Origin: Octopus sinensis
Lineage: Eukaryota
Direction of reading: 5' to 3'
DNA length: 64,000 nucleotides
Assembly (NCBI RefSeq): GCF_006345805.1
Contig: NC_043014.1
Coordinates: forward strand, 29,264,001 to 29,328,000
In this document: positions 25,851 to 41,275 of the stretch, piece after piece
Layout of the letters: each line of letters starts with the position of its first letter
Numbering within the stretch: position 1 is the stretch's first letter
Translations under genes and position numbers: made by a program
The notes under the pieces: generated by a model
What the model saw: only the letters and a program-made list of their open reading frames with translations
Told to the model about the DNA's origin: nothing
Database searches by the model: none

Positions 25851-26190
25851 TATATACATGCATATGTGTGTGTGTTTGCATATATGCGTGTGAGTGAGGC
25901 CGTGTCTTCGTGCATATAGGTTTTGACAACTACGAAAACAACTTAATCTATGTCGTAAGAGCTACCGGACAATACGTTGTGGGTGAGTAAGTTTATCTGT
26001 GATAAGTGATAATGTTTTCTAATATATTTTTCCATTGATACTTTTAGGAATTCTTACATACTGTTCAAGCGAGCATGAATTTTGCTTCAACTTAAGGAAA
26101 CGAACATACAAGCATACACACACACATTCACACACACATACATTCACACACGCACACACTCAGACACACACACACACACACACACACACT

Positions 26191-26224
<34 letters not shown>

Positions 26225-26693
26225 TCACACACGCACACACACCACACAAATACACCACAGACAAATACACAGAAAGAGAGATAGACAGACAATTACGCAA
26301 ATAGTCGAATACAGACGTACATTCATATAATGTACGTACGTATGTATATATGTGTATGTGTGTGTTTGTGTAACTACATATATGTATATATACGTGTGTA
26401 TATATATATATATATAAGTACGTATATAAATATATACATATATATATATATAAGTACGTATATATATATATATTATATATATATATTATATATATATATA
26501 TATATTATATATATATATATATTATATATATATATGTATGTATGTATGCATGTAAATACATAAATAAATTTTACGCAATGCATGCATGAACACATATATA
26601 CATCGTATACATACAGAAACATAATATATATATACATAAATATAAGAGAGTTACCGCTAAGTGAATATATATATATATTATATATATATATTA

Positions 26694-26757
<64 letters not shown>

Positions 26758-26762
26758 TATAT

Positions 26763-26796
<34 letters not shown>

Positions 26797-27278
26797 TGTA
26801 TTATATTTCTGTATGTATGTAATGTATATGTGTGCGCTTGTGTGCATGCATGCATTGCGTAAGATTTATTTATCTCGAAAGTCTATTGGCGAGCTCATTC
26901 GTCTGGTATCGTTCCTTTTCATGATTTGAAATCAAAGAGATTAAACCATTCCTCTATCGATATACCGATACTTTACTTTGCTTTTGATTTGCCTTTTTTT
27001 CTTCTTTTTGTTTTTCAATTTATTCTTAGTTGGCCATGGTGAGGGTGGGTGGGTTCGTCAACTTATGCTAACACTTGCTTGAAAGAGCTTTGTTACGTGT
27101 TTCTTTTTTAGGTTTTTCTTTTCTTATTTTTTCTTTTTTCGTTTTTGTTGATTTTAAATCTTTTTCCTTGTATGTAAGTCAGATGAGTAAGGCTACGTGA
27201 TGTAATGGAAGAGCTGTGTGTTCCACCTCCGGTGTCGTTCATCCGTTGAATTTTCTAGAAAAACAAAAAGCAAAAAAT

Positions 27279-27678
27279 TGTTGTTGTTGTTGTTGTAGTT
27301 CTTCTTCTTCTTCTTCTTCTTCTTCTTCTTCTTCTTCTTCTTCTTCTTCTTCTTCTTCTTCTTCTTCTTCTTCTTCTTCTTCTTTTTCTTTTTCTTCTTC
27401 TTCGTATTATTATTATTATTATTGTTGTTGTTATTGTTGTTGTTGTTGTTGTGTTGTTGATGTTCTTGTTCTAGTTATCTTCATCCTCATCGTCGTCGTC
27501 ATCATCACATTCACCATCATCATAATCATTCTCATCCTCATCCTCCTCATCCTCTTCCTCGTCATCATAGTCATCATCATCCTCATCATCATCATAGTCA
27601 TCATCATCATAATCATCGTCGTCATCATCATCGTCATCATCGTCGTCATCATCATCGTCATCATCATCATCAGCATCG

Positions 27679-27716
<38 letters not shown>

Positions 27717-27763
27717 GTCATCATCGTCGTCGTCTTCGTCGTCGACATCATCATCATCATCAA
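27279..27763. repeat. Compound trinucleotide array (GTT)(CTT)(ATT)(CAT/CGT)n
   Basis: Directly visible. Confidence 0.95.
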
Positions 27764-27778
27764 ATACTAGACTGACAG

Positions 27779-28150
27779 AACCGTTAAAGCGTCGTAAACT
27801 AATTCCTTGCGTTATTCATTCTGACTTTGAACGTTCTGATTTCAAATCCCACCGATGTCTGCTATGATTCCATCCTTCAGGGTTCGATAAAGTAAAGTGC
27901 CAGTCAAACATTTGTGTCAATGTTTTCCACTAATCCCTTCCCCCTCAGAACTACTGGTCTTACACCCTGGTGAGATGCCAGAACCGTTGCTGCGCCAGGC
28001 GGCATTCTTTCTGAGTTCAAATGCCTCCGGGTCGACTTTTATCAACCTTTCGGGGTTGATAAAATAGGTAGCAGTTGAACACTGGGGTCGATTTAATCAA
28101 CTAATCTTTCTCTCCCAGAATTGATGGCTTTGTGCCTATAGTTGAATTAT
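27779..28150 (+). mobile_element. Two head-to-tail diverged SINE D copies
   Basis: Units start ~27779 and ~27969, both with tcaaat and ggg-tcgataaa motifs. Confidence 0.7.
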
Positions 28151-28155
28151 TATCA

Positions 28156-29365
28156 TTAGGTTGTCAAGTATGAAATTTGTAGTAAGGTATATGGTAAACT
28201 TTGACAGCTGCTCATTTTGCGCCATTATTATATTTTGACAATATTTTTTGTTAGAAAGCTGTCACATTTATTTCCTTATTCTAACTCATTTTGCACTTTA
28301 TAAAGTATTTATAAATCGTTTTTTGCTATTTTTGTTTAGAGATGGATAAATCGGAAATCCGTACAGTTTTGAAATATGAGTTCTTTCTTGGAAATACAGC
28401 ATCACAGTCAGCTCGGAATATAAATGGAATATTTCATTCTAATGTTATTACACAGCTGACAGTATCAAATCGGTTTGCAAAATTTCGTTCTGGTAACTTT
28501 GAACTCACAAATGATCAACGCGGTCGACCAGAAACAAAGCTGGATAATGACGAACTGAAAGCCACCGTCAAGTCAGATCCACCTCAAAGTGTCCGTGAAT
28601 TATCGTTTATATTTGGTATTAGCAAGCAAACAATATTGACTCACCTAGTTCAAATCATTAAACGGAAAAGTTGAATAACTGAGTTCCACATAAACTCAAT
28701 GAAAATCAGAAGCAGCAACGTTTGGAAGCATTCATTATGCTACTTTCTCGTCACAAAAGTGAATCATTTTTTAATCGAATTGAAACATGTGATGAGAAAT
28801 GCATCCAATCCAACAACAAAGACGAGTCACCAAAACAGTCCAAAACGCAAAATTCATCAAAAAAGCTGATGGTGTGTGTTTGGTGGTCTAGCGCAGGTGT
28901 GATCCATTATAAATTCAATAAACCTGGCTCATCAATCATGGCCGAAGTACACTGCAGCCAACTGGACCAAATGATGCAGAAACGGACGAAAAAAAAAAAA
29001 AGAAAAGAAAAGAAAACAGCCTAGATTAGTAAACAGATCCACTCCAATTTTATTGCAAGGCAATACTAAACCACACATCGCAAAAATGACATTGGCGAAA
29101 CTGCAGGAGTTGGAGTTTGAAGTTCTCCATCATCCACCATACTCACCTGATCTTGCTCCCACTGACTACCACTTCTTCCAGAATTTGGACAACTTTTTTG
29201 TAGAGAAAAAATTTAATTACAATGATGCTGTAAAACAGGCCTTCCAAGAGTTTATTGACTCTAGTTTGCCAGGCTTTTACGGTTCCGGGTTAGACAAGCT
29301 ACCGTTGAAATGGCAAAAGTGTATTGACAATATGGGTGCATACTTTGATGAATATATTTACTTAA
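28156..29365 (+). mobile_element. Near full-length mariner element; transposase pseudogene from 28342; right TIR missing
   Basis: MDKSEIRTVLKYEF..RGRP; *VPHKL; TCDEK; LLQGNTKPH (second D lost); HPPYSPDLAPTDYHFF; left end ttaggttgtcaagtatgaaatt. Confidence 0.95.
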
Positions 29366-29597
29366 TTTGTCAAATTCCTTTACGAGTATATTTTTAGCTG
29401 TGGGAACACTTACATCTATTAATCTACAAGTATTTCTTCGCTCTCTCTTTAATAATAATGTCTGGTTAGTCATCCTTGATCGTTCTGTCAGTGTTGTGTG
29501 GAATATCCCAGAGGATAGTGACATTTTTACCTTCAACGACTGGCTCAGGATGATGTTCACATCAGTAAGCAGGAGTACTGATTTTGTAATCATCATC
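29360..29597 (-). pseudogene. R4/Dong-clade LINE restriction-like endonuclease fragment
   Basis: EHHPEPVVEGKNVTILWDIPHNTDRTIKDD*PDIII.. plus frameshifted CRLIDVSVPTAKNILVKEFDKLSKY; abuts a large (AAT)n array. Confidence 0.8.
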
Positions 29598-29599
29598 GT

Positions 29600-29603
29600 A
29601 TTA

Positions 29604-29655
<52 letters not shown>

Positions 29656-29685
29656 TATTATTATTTATTATTATTATTGTTATTA

Positions 29686-29734
<49 letters not shown>

Positions 29735-29821
29735 GTCATTTTTTTAAAAAATATTATTATTATTATTGTTATTATTATTTTATTATTATTTTATTATTAT
29801 TATATTATTATTATATTATTA

Positions 29822-29853
<32 letters not shown>

Positions 29854-30126
29854 TATTATTACTATTATTATTATTGTTATAATAATAATAATATTATTAT
29901 TATTATTGTTATTATTATTATCATCATCATCATCATCATATTATTATTATTATTATATTATTATTATTTATTATTATATTATTATTATTATTATTATTAT
30001 ATTATATTATTATTATTATATTATTATTATTATTATTATTATTATTGTCATTTTTTTAAAAAATATTATTATTATTATTGTTATTTTATTATTATTATTA
30101 TTATTATTATATTATTATTATTATTA

Positions 30127-30163
<37 letters not shown>

Positions 30164-30241
30164 TATTATATTGTTATAATAATATAATAATTATTATTAT
30201 TATTGTTTATTATATTATCATCATCATCATCATCATCATCA

Positions 30242-30295
<54 letters not shown>
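29600..30295. repeat. (ATT)n array with internal ~310-bp duplication
   Basis: The marker gtcattttttaaaaaatattattattattattg occurs at ~29735 and ~30047. Confidence 0.9.
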
Positions 30296-30297
<2 letters not shown>

Positions 30298-31235
30298 TGG
30301 TTGTGTTTTGCTTCAGATTTCAAAACGTTTTTGTTTTTGATGGAAATACGTTGATTTGTTTTAAAATATCTGGAACGTTTCTTTAAATAAGGAACCCTGC
30401 CTCACTCCGTGAAGAGGAGAACAGTAAATGTAGGTCCCTAAACATATATTATGTTTGTAACAAAAATTTCAATATCTCATAAATGTTTCTTAATGTTTAA
30501 AAACTTGGCATTACCAAAACACATGTCCAATAGGTTGTGCGAAATGGCAAAAGGAGAAATGGTTCCCCTGACTACGACTCTAAGTGGCGACATTACTCCC
30601 TCATTAACCCAAACATCATCGACTTGGTCGGTATCCCTAACAGCCACAGCAACTGAGTAGGTGGCAACATGATAGCTGAATCCGAGTGCTACAACAGCAA
30701 TAACAACAACCGCAACAACAACGCAAACAAAACATAAGCAGCAACTGCAACAAAGTTAGCAGCAAATGCAACAGCAGCAGCAGCAGCAGCAAATGCAACA
30801 GCAGCAGCAGCAGCAATTGCAGTGAGAGCAGTAACGGCAGTGGGTGCAGCTACAATAGCAGGAGCTGCAACAGCAGCGGCTGCAATAATAATAGTAGCAA
30901 CAGAAACTGAAGCATCAATAACTTCAACCACAACAACAACAACGATAACAGCGAGGAAAGCAATAACACCGGTAGAATTCAAAACAATAATGTATGAATA
31001 GCAATGACAAGGTGGCATTTGCAGGAATAGCATCTGTAAAGGAGAGATGCAGCCTCCCTAATATAGAGAAGCGGGACAAATTGGAGGACGCCATTTAATT
31101 TAAGAAAGCCGAGGGGAGAAGTGCTGCTCTGGAGGCCTGCACCTGAAATGTTTGCTGCAACTGCTAGAACAATCATCACAGAACTAGAAAGTGCATCCAA
31201 CAACGCATGGCAGAACATCCAGCATATATTTAGGG

Positions 31236-31454
31236 CAGTGCTTTTCAAAATTTTTGCTGGAGCGGAACCCCAAGGAAACATTCCACTGGCTCGAGGAACC
31301 TCTGTGCAATAATTTAATAGTCTTATGTACACATATCTGTACAGGAGAATTAAAAATTACTGCCGATTTTAGCAGTTTTGTAACTTCTTGCGGAACCCCT
31401 GGACTGTACTGGCGGAACCCTAAGGTTCCGCGGAACCCTGTTTGAAAACCACTG
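31236..31454. mobile_element. hAT (Charlie-type) MITE
   Basis: TIRs cagtgcttttcaaa / tttgaaaaccactg; 8-bp TSD atttaggg / atctaggg. Confidence 0.9.
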
Positions 31455-31499
31455 ATCTAGGGCAAGGCAGTTTAGTGAGGGTCAAAGACTTCTTTATGA

Positions 31500-31800
31500 C
31501 TGAGGTCCTTACAGTGCAACACATAATAGTCGTCTGCCGCAGTGAGGAATTTCTCTCTTTAACATATATTTGGAAAGGGATACGGTTAAGATAATATTGC
31601 AGGAGGATTCCACTAGAGATTCATCTTCAATGGACCATGGAATGCAAAATGTTGGACGGAGAAGGAGAACTGATATTGGACCACGCTGGAGATCCGTCTC
31701 CATATGAAGCTTGAACGTCTGCAAAGGATTCTGGACCTCATCGCCTTGCTAAATTGGTTGGAGCTACGAGAGATTGCGGAAATCAGAAGCGGGTGATGAA
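31500..31800 (+). mobile_element. Possible RTE LINE 3' fragment
   Basis: Weak motifs RIPLEIHLQW and WLELREIAEIRSG only. Confidence 0.3.
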
Positions 31801-32400
31801 GTCGACCATCTCAGAGATTTCTCTCCGCACAACCGGAACAGGAAAGGAGAAATGGCGGTCACATTGCAAACCAGTCACTTCAACAATAACAACAACAGCG
31901 TGAAAGAATAGGGTTGGTAACAACTGCGGCGGCAAAAGTAAAAAACGAGCAACAATAACATATGTACTAACACCAACAATAACGACAACAATATCAACAA
32001 AAGCAACTACTACTTTGAAAATAGCAACAGCTGCAGCACCACCCAAAATTTTCTAATTACCATTTCTTTCAATCAGGTTTTTATCTGTTTTTTTTTTTTA
32101 TGGGGAGTTTGTATACAAAAATAAGGGTAGGCGAACATCGCAAAGCTGTGATAAATCGTGTATAGCTGATCATGTATGGAAAAATGGAGATCACCTCCTC
32201 CTGTGAGAGAACGTTAGAATAATAGACAGAGAACACCACTGGGAAATACGAAAACTAAAAGCAGCAGTACATATGCTAGGACACAGCAACCTCCTAAGCA
32301 GACCGAGTGCTGATATGAATAGCATATGGGAACTGGTATTAAGGAAGGATAGGAAAATATTAGATTTATAAGCCTTAAAATTCGCACCTTAATTGCCGAC

Positions 32401-32664
32401 GGGCATATGGCGTAGTGGTTAACAGCGTGGCCTACTAACCCCAATAGAATTCCTAGTTCTATTCCAGGCAGTGAGCTGAATAATAATAATAATAATAATA
32501 ATAACATCGAAAAATTCTTTAGGAACGAGAAACTAGGTTCGAAAATTTCCCCAAGACACATGAAGGCTGGAGAGTATATCAACTGAAACATGTTAACAAC
32601 AAACAAGATGAGGACAAATGTCCGTCAAATTTGCATAATCCCTCATCTCTTAAATATAGAACTG
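32401..32664 (+). mobile_element. tRNA-headed SINE-like element (family H) with (AAT)n linker and degenerate hammerhead-bearing tail
   Basis: A box tggcgtagtgg, B-box-like agttctattcc, (AAT)n, then ccaagacac-atga-aggctggagagtatatcaactgaaacatgtt and caagatgaggacaaatgtccgtc...ttaaatatagaactg, homologous to 57804-58103. Confidence 0.8.
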
Positions 32665-32974
32665 TATTTTGTATACAAAAGTTTCAAAATATTTTCCAGG
32701 ATTTTTTTAGGGGCTTATTTGTTATTCCCACTTTTGAAACTAGCACTTCTTTCTAATCTGTATTTAATGTTGGCAAATGTTATACGAAATTTTTAAGACA
32801 AACCTTAGTTTTACAACCCTGGGTAATGGACTGGACGCTCAGATGAAAATACTTTCTAGGTAAAATAAGCCACAAAACCAAAAAAAAAATTGCCTTCTTC
32901 AAGTTAATTCGGTAAAATCTGGTTCTTCACCAGAGTTTTGTTATAGAGGCTACTTCATCGTAATCAACAACAAT

Positions 32975-33665
32975 GATTTTGAGGGAAGGAGCCCTAGGTG
33001 CCCAACTGCTACTTATTTTCTCGGCCCCGAAATGATGAAAGGCAAAGTCAACCTCGGTGGAATTTGAACTCATAACTTAAAGACGGACGAAATGCCACTA
33101 AGCGTTTTTCCCGGCGTGCTAACAATTCTGCCAGCCCCACCGCCATATTCCACCGCATAATAACAATAATTGTCTCTAATTTGAGCACAAAGCTAACAGC
33201 GATGAGAGGTGGAGGCAAGTGTATATCGCCGACACTAGTACTTTTCTGGTATTTTATTTTCTTGGTCTCGAATGTAAGAAGGAAAGTTAACCTCAAACAC
33301 AAAACGTAAATTTTTTAATTTAGGCCCGAGGCCAGCAATTTTGTCTAACGCACTCAAGATGTTGATAACATCACCACCCTTATAATATAATTTCTAATTT
33401 AAAACATACAGTGCCAGCAATTTTGGGAAGCGAAGTTTAATCGATTAAATAGATCCTGGTACTTAACTGATACTTTATTTAATCCAGTCCGAAAGATGAA
33501 AAGCAAATTTCTAATTTAGGCACAAAGCCGGTTGTTTTGAAAGAAATAGGTCGATTACATCCACCTCAGTACTTGACTGGCATTTTATTTTATTGATCCT
33601 GAGAGTATGAAAGGCAAAAATGAACCATGGGGAGATGTGAACTTTAATCAACTGAAAGGATCTGA
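32975..33665 (-). mobile_element. Chain of ~5 SINE D copies/fragments in the same orientation
   Basis: Best copy 32975-33144; recurrent ctaattt(a/g)ggcacaa tails and ggtact..tttatt..cc..aaagatgaaa motifs. Confidence 0.75.
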
Positions 33666-33705
33666 ATTTAATAATACTGAAAAAAAAAATAGATGGCCAG
33701 ATTCA

Positions 33706-34597
33706 TTCGTGGTCTGATCAATAAGTATCCGGACTGTTGCCATAGTAACGAAGCTAAAGTACACAGAGTGACACCGCTTCGCAAAGATTGACTTTCAACT
33801 CTGCTGTGCATGTGCACTAAGTTTTAACGTTCTAGCTTACTTTCGCTGTTTACAGCAGGGCTTGGAAGGAAGGTGTGTAGCGTGTGATCGTCGCATTGAC
33901 CATGAGAGAGAAAGCTGAGCAGAGAATCTGCGTCAAATTTTGCCAAAAACTTGGCGATACCTGCTCAGAGGTCTACATAAGATTTTCGAAAAGTTTTCAT
34001 CGTTCTTAACACAATCAAGGAGATGTTGTGCAACTGAAACGCGAGTGTCTTTTTTGTCAGCTGAAAGCAGCTTTGGAACAAACTTGGCAAACATACGTCT
34101 CATGCCCAAATCTTCAGTGATAATGGACTGAAATGAACCGTAACTAATCTGTACACTAATCTCTGATTACTCACGGATAGTGATTCGACGATTTCTCCTC
34201 ACAGCTGCAGGCACATCTGCGATGTTTTACTCAGTTCTGTTGGTTGCGGTCTCTCAAAAATGGCGACATGTTTTCAGTGATCTTGAAAACCCCGGAACCA
34301 CTCTTACCTTGTGTGCAGCTCATATACCTCCTCTCCATACACTTTCTGCAACTTTGCGTAAGCCTCTGAGCAGGTATCACCATGACAACTTTCTCTGTCA
34401 TGGTCAATGCGACGATCACGCGCTACACACGTTCCTTCCAAGTACCGCTGTAAACAGCGGAAGTGAGATAGAATGTTAAAACTTTGTGCGCATGCACAGT
34501 AGAGTTCAAGCTCAATCTTTGCGAAGTGACTCTACTATGCGTGCTTTAGTTTCGTTATTAAGGCAACAGTCCGGATACTTATTGATCAGATCTAGTA
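33706..34597 (-). mobile_element. Mariner MITE with ~250-bp inverted repeats from the duplicated 5' end
   Basis: TIR tctgatcaataagtatccggactgttgcc at both ends; minus-strand N-terminus GDTCSEAYAKLQKVYGEE..RRNRRITIRE..EDLGMRRMFAKFVPKLL; no catalytic domain. Confidence 0.9.
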
Positions 34598-34858
34598 TCT
34601 TTATATATATATATATCTCACCAGGATATTTGATCCAGCTAGCGTTTTCGCCCGCTTAAAATGAGGAACATCTCAATCAGTTTCTCTGTTTTTAGAGATC
34701 GTTCAGGCACTTTTAGCCCTTCCAAATAATATATCGATATTTAGAGCGGGAAATTTACAAAAGGGTGTATACAAAACTGGGTTAGTGTTCTATGGACCTA
34801 ATTTCAGATTGAGACTAAGTAGGTATGGATATGACTTTGTGTAAGCAGTTATTAATAA

Positions 34859-36994
<2,136 letters not shown>

Positions 36995-37195
36995 GAATCG
37001 ACGCTGTGTTTATTATAATTACTCCCATTAAGGATATATATTCAAAGAAAGTGCAAGAGAATTCTAAATATCTTGTTGGATATTCGATTTGAAGCATGGA
37101 ATAGTTTGACTGTTGTGATGACCAAGCTTTTATAACTGTGGATGTAGCATCATCATAATCGTCGTCGACGTCATCATCATCATCAACATCATTAT

Positions 37196-37249
<54 letters not shown>

Positions 37250-37411
37250 AAGTAGTAGTATTAGTAATGGTGACAGCAGTTCATGCTTTACTCAAAACTA
37301 TGTGAAACGGTTCTGATGTGGAATCGAAACTATGCCTTGGAATCGACATTAATAACAAATACGTTGGCGATTGTTTTACGAACGAGATAAATTACTCTGT
37401 TTCAATAATGT

Positions 37412-37762
37412 GGAAGCACTCCGTCGGTTACGACGATGAGGGTTCCGGTTGATCCGAATCAACGGAACAGCCTGCGCGTGAAATTAACGTGTAAGTGGCT
37501 GAGCACTCCACAGATACGTGCACCCTTAACGTAGTTCCCAGGGATATTCAGCGTGACACAGAGAGTGACAAGGTACAACAGAAACAGGAAGTAAGAGAAA
37601 GTTGTGGTGAAAGAGTACAGCAGGGGTCACCACCACTCCCTGCCGGAGCCTCGTGGAGCTTTTAGGTGTTTTCGCTCAATAAACACTCACAACGCCCGGT
37701 CTGGGAATCGAAACCGCGATCCTATGACCGCTGCCCTAACCACTGGGCCATTGCGCTTCCAC
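37412..37762 (-). mobile_element. SINE family B, tail type 1
   Basis: 11-bp TSD ttcaataatgt at 37401-37411 and 37763-37773. Confidence 0.95.
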
Positions 37763-37924
37763 TTCAATAATGTATAGCTATGATGTCAAAAGAGAAAGAA
37801 ACAAAAAATTATAGAATTCAGGTAAAACAAAATATTTTCCACTTTTTACCGATGTATATATCTCCATGCAACTTTTATATACAAGCTTCTGAGTTCAGTG
37901 CTTGGTTTTCACCCACACCGTTTT

Positions 37925-38125
37925 TTTTTTTTCACTTGCTTGAGTCATTCGACTGTGGCCATAGTGGGGCACCGCCTTGAAGGATTTAGTGGAACAAATC
38001 GACCCCGGCACTTAAAGACTAATGCTTATTCTATTGCTCTCTTTTTGCTAAACTAAAAAAGTTACGGATGGCATAAACAAGCAAACACCGATTGTCAAGC
38101 GGTGGTGGGAACAAACACACACATA
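37925..38125 (-). mobile_element. Old SINE A 3' half
   Basis: Diverged match cacttg..tcattcgactgtggccat..gcaccgcc..ccgattgtcaagcgg. Confidence 0.75.
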
Positions 38126-38200
38126 GGTATATCCAGGTATATATGTGTCCGTGCATAAGTACACACACACACACACACACGCACACACACACACATATAT

Positions 38201-38534
38201 GGAGGCGCATGGCTCAGTAGTTAGAGCGTCGAGCTTACGATCGCGAGGTTGTGAGTTCGAATCCCGGACCGGGCTACGTGTTGTGTTCTTGAGCAAGACA
38301 CTTTATTTCACGTTGCTCCAGTTCACTCAGCTGTAGAAATGAGTTGCGACGTCACAGGTGCCAAGCTGTATCGGCCTTTGCCTTTCCCTTGGATAATATC
38401 GGTGGCATGGAGAGAGGAGACCGGTATGCATGGGCGAATGCTGGTCTTCCATAAACAACCTTACCCGGACTTGTGCCTGGGAGGGTAAATTCTTAGGTGC
38501 AATCCCATGGTCAGTCACGACCGAAGGGGGTCTC
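38201..38534 (+). mobile_element. SINE family C, full length
   Basis: Near-identical to 18889-19224. Confidence 0.95.
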
Positions 38535-38537
38535 AGC

Positions 38538-38570
<33 letters not shown>

Positions 38571-40048
38571 AACACACACACACACGAGATAGATAGCCCA
38601 ATAGATTACGACTGCTTTGTGGGGGGAGGGTTGCTTTGTTTTTTGTTGTTTTTTTCTTGGTGGGTTTTATATCTTGTTACGTCTTGTTATCACGAGGTTA
38701 GGGACATGAAATGCTGTAATATTAGTATTTTGCTAAATGACTCGATTAATATAAAAGGAAGAGTTTTGACGAGATATAATGGAGAGAAACTGAACTGTGG
38801 TGATGTCGTGATATCAGTGCTAGAATAGGAACAATAAGGGTTGGAATGAGCAAAAGACGGGATAAAGAAAAGAAAAAAAGACGAAAGGGAGGGTTAGTGA
38901 GAGAGTCGGTGCGAGAGTGTGAGTGAGAGTGTGAATTTTGGAGAGGACAAAAGAAAAATGGTGGGAAAAAATAAAGAGTGAGATTGTGAGAGAAAGACAG
39001 GAGAGGTTAATGAGTGATTGAATGATTGAAAAAAAGATAGAAAGAATGTATGAGGTAAAATTAAATGTGGAGAGAAAGAGAGGAAAGCAATCAAACAGAA
39101 GGAAACTGATGATTACAAGAAGGAATGAGGGAGAGAGAGAAAAAGAGAGAGTAGACGACTCTGGAAGAAAGGTAATTAGTGAAGAAAGTGAGAGTGAGGG
39201 AAGAAGATAATGACGAAGTGGATGAGAAGGAAAAAAAAACAAGGAGAAAGAAAGAGAAAGAGAAAGTATGATTAAGAGGTAAGAGAGAAAAGGGAGAGGC
39301 ATAAGTAAAGAATTAATGGATAAATAAAGAAAAAAACACGTGATTGAGTGTGAGAAAGAGACAAAGAGAAAGAGACGGATAGAGAGAGGGGAAGAGAGGG
39401 AGAGGAGTTAAGTAAACCATGTGAGGTGTATTTATGAGGAGGGCGTGTCTGTACTAAAATCCATAGCAAAGAGACCTACTAAAATCTGTGACCCTCACTA
39501 ACAGATGTCTTTGATGAGAGGTCAAGGTGGGTCGATCCATTTGAATGACCTAACAAAATAATTAACGACACACCAAACGGCCAATCCACCGGAAATAACA
39601 AAACACAGCCTATTTATTTTCACAATAATTTTTATAGTTGTTTTTGTCGTTGCTGTTGTTGTTGTTGTTGTTATTGTTATAGTTATTGTTGTTACTGTTG
39701 TTGATGGTGGGTGTAGTGGTAGTAGTGGTGGTGGCGGTGGTGGTGGTGGTGGAGATGCTTTTGTAGTTATAACCATTGCACGTTTATATATTTTTCGTCA
39801 TCTGTTGTAGTTGTAGATTGCTTACAATCGTGATTGACGTAGACATTGAAGTTATCTATTTATTTATTGATTGATGATGTTATTTTAGTCGCTGACGGAA
39901 AAGCTGTTGTTTAACCCCAGGTCAACTCTAGCCAGGTAGACCTGTGTTCGAAGACGTTTTAACTATGACCAGGCTATCATTTTATCTGGGAATAAGATTA
40001 CAATATTTTAAAAGCTTCGAGTGCGATTTGTTGGAGGTTAGTCTACTA

Positions 40049-40295
40049 CAGTGGTTCTCAACCATTTTTTCTTTTACCTATGAACCTCTTTGATTCCTAG
40101 TTTACTAGGGTTCACTCCCAGAGACATTTGATGCTTTATAATTATACCTTTATAAATTGAATATTATTCAGAAATGTACAAAAATATGTTAAGATAACTT
40201 GTGTGTTATAGAAGCATAAGCAATTTATTGCACACAAACAGCAAAATCTCATGTGGGCCCTCAATGGCCTTACGGGCCCCAGTTGAGAACTACTG
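40049..40295. mobile_element. hAT MITE
   Basis: TIRs cagtggttctcaac / gttgagaactactg; TSD only partly conserved (gtctacta / gtcaattg). Confidence 0.75.
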
Positions 40296-40835
40296 GTCAA
40301 TTGTTTCTAGCAGATGGGACAGAGAGGTACCATCCTTCGTTGTCTCGTAGCTAGCTGATGCTGGGTATCACGGTGATGGTGATGTTGATATTTATTCTGC
40401 TCCGGCATATCTATAAATAATGCCATGTCCATCCCGCCTTTTCTCTCATACACAGCACATCTAGAACTATATTATACAATATGGTCCTTCTTATGTTTTT
40501 AACAACTGGGGGATTCGGCTGCTATCCCTAGCAGGACAAGTAACCGCATGTAGACTGGACTGTTGTGGTGACCAAGCTTTTATAACTGTGAATGTAGCAT
40601 CAGCAGCAGCAGCAGCAGCAGTAGCAGCAGCAGCAGCAGTAGCAGTAGCAGTAGTAGTAGTAGTAGTAGTATAGTAGTAGTAGTAGTAGTAGTATAGTGG
40701 AGGTGGAGGTGGAGGTGTTGAAGCGGCGGCGGATGGAGATGATGTCAAAAAGTGCAAAACGGTGCGCAGTTCCGAGACCGACACGTGCACATGCTTACAC
40801 ACACACATACACACACACACACTCAAACACACAGT

Positions 40836-40876
<41 letters not shown>

Positions 40877-41099
40877 TGCACTCATGCATCATGCATCCCA
40901 TGCGTACAATTCACTCACACACGCTCATGAACACAAAAACGTGTGTAGCGTTATGCGCGTATGCGTATATATACAGCTAGAAGTCTGCTGTGAAGAATCC
41001 ACACGTACATATCTACCAACGCATACAGGCACACATACACACATACATAGGTATATATACATATGCGTGTGAGAAAGAGTATATATATATATATGGCGA

Positions 41100-41275
41100 T
41101 TTTTTCGCTCTGTCTTCCCTTCTCTGGATCTTTCCTTCTATGTTTCCGACGAAGGGCTCCGCTCGAAACGTTAAACCCTCCTTCTTTCCTTCTTTCCTGA
41201 GCGTCCAATAATACTATATTTGTTCCACGTCCTCGCGTTGTTGTGTTTTTTTGTGCTTTCTTGTTTGGATTAACT

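Noticed and set aside
27216-27770. 184-aa hydrophobic ORF and the poly-Met ORF on the opposite strand
   Set aside because: Compound trinucleotide array.
29360-30295. Hypothesis that R4/Dong mobilises SINE D because both associate with AAT/ATT arrays
   Set aside because: Polarity is opposite: the R4 sense strand is flanked by (AAT)n and the SINE D sense strand by (ATT)n. No shared 3' tail is visible.
30689-31033. Ala/Val-rich ORF
   Set aside because: Degenerate (CAG/CAA)n low-complexity sequence.
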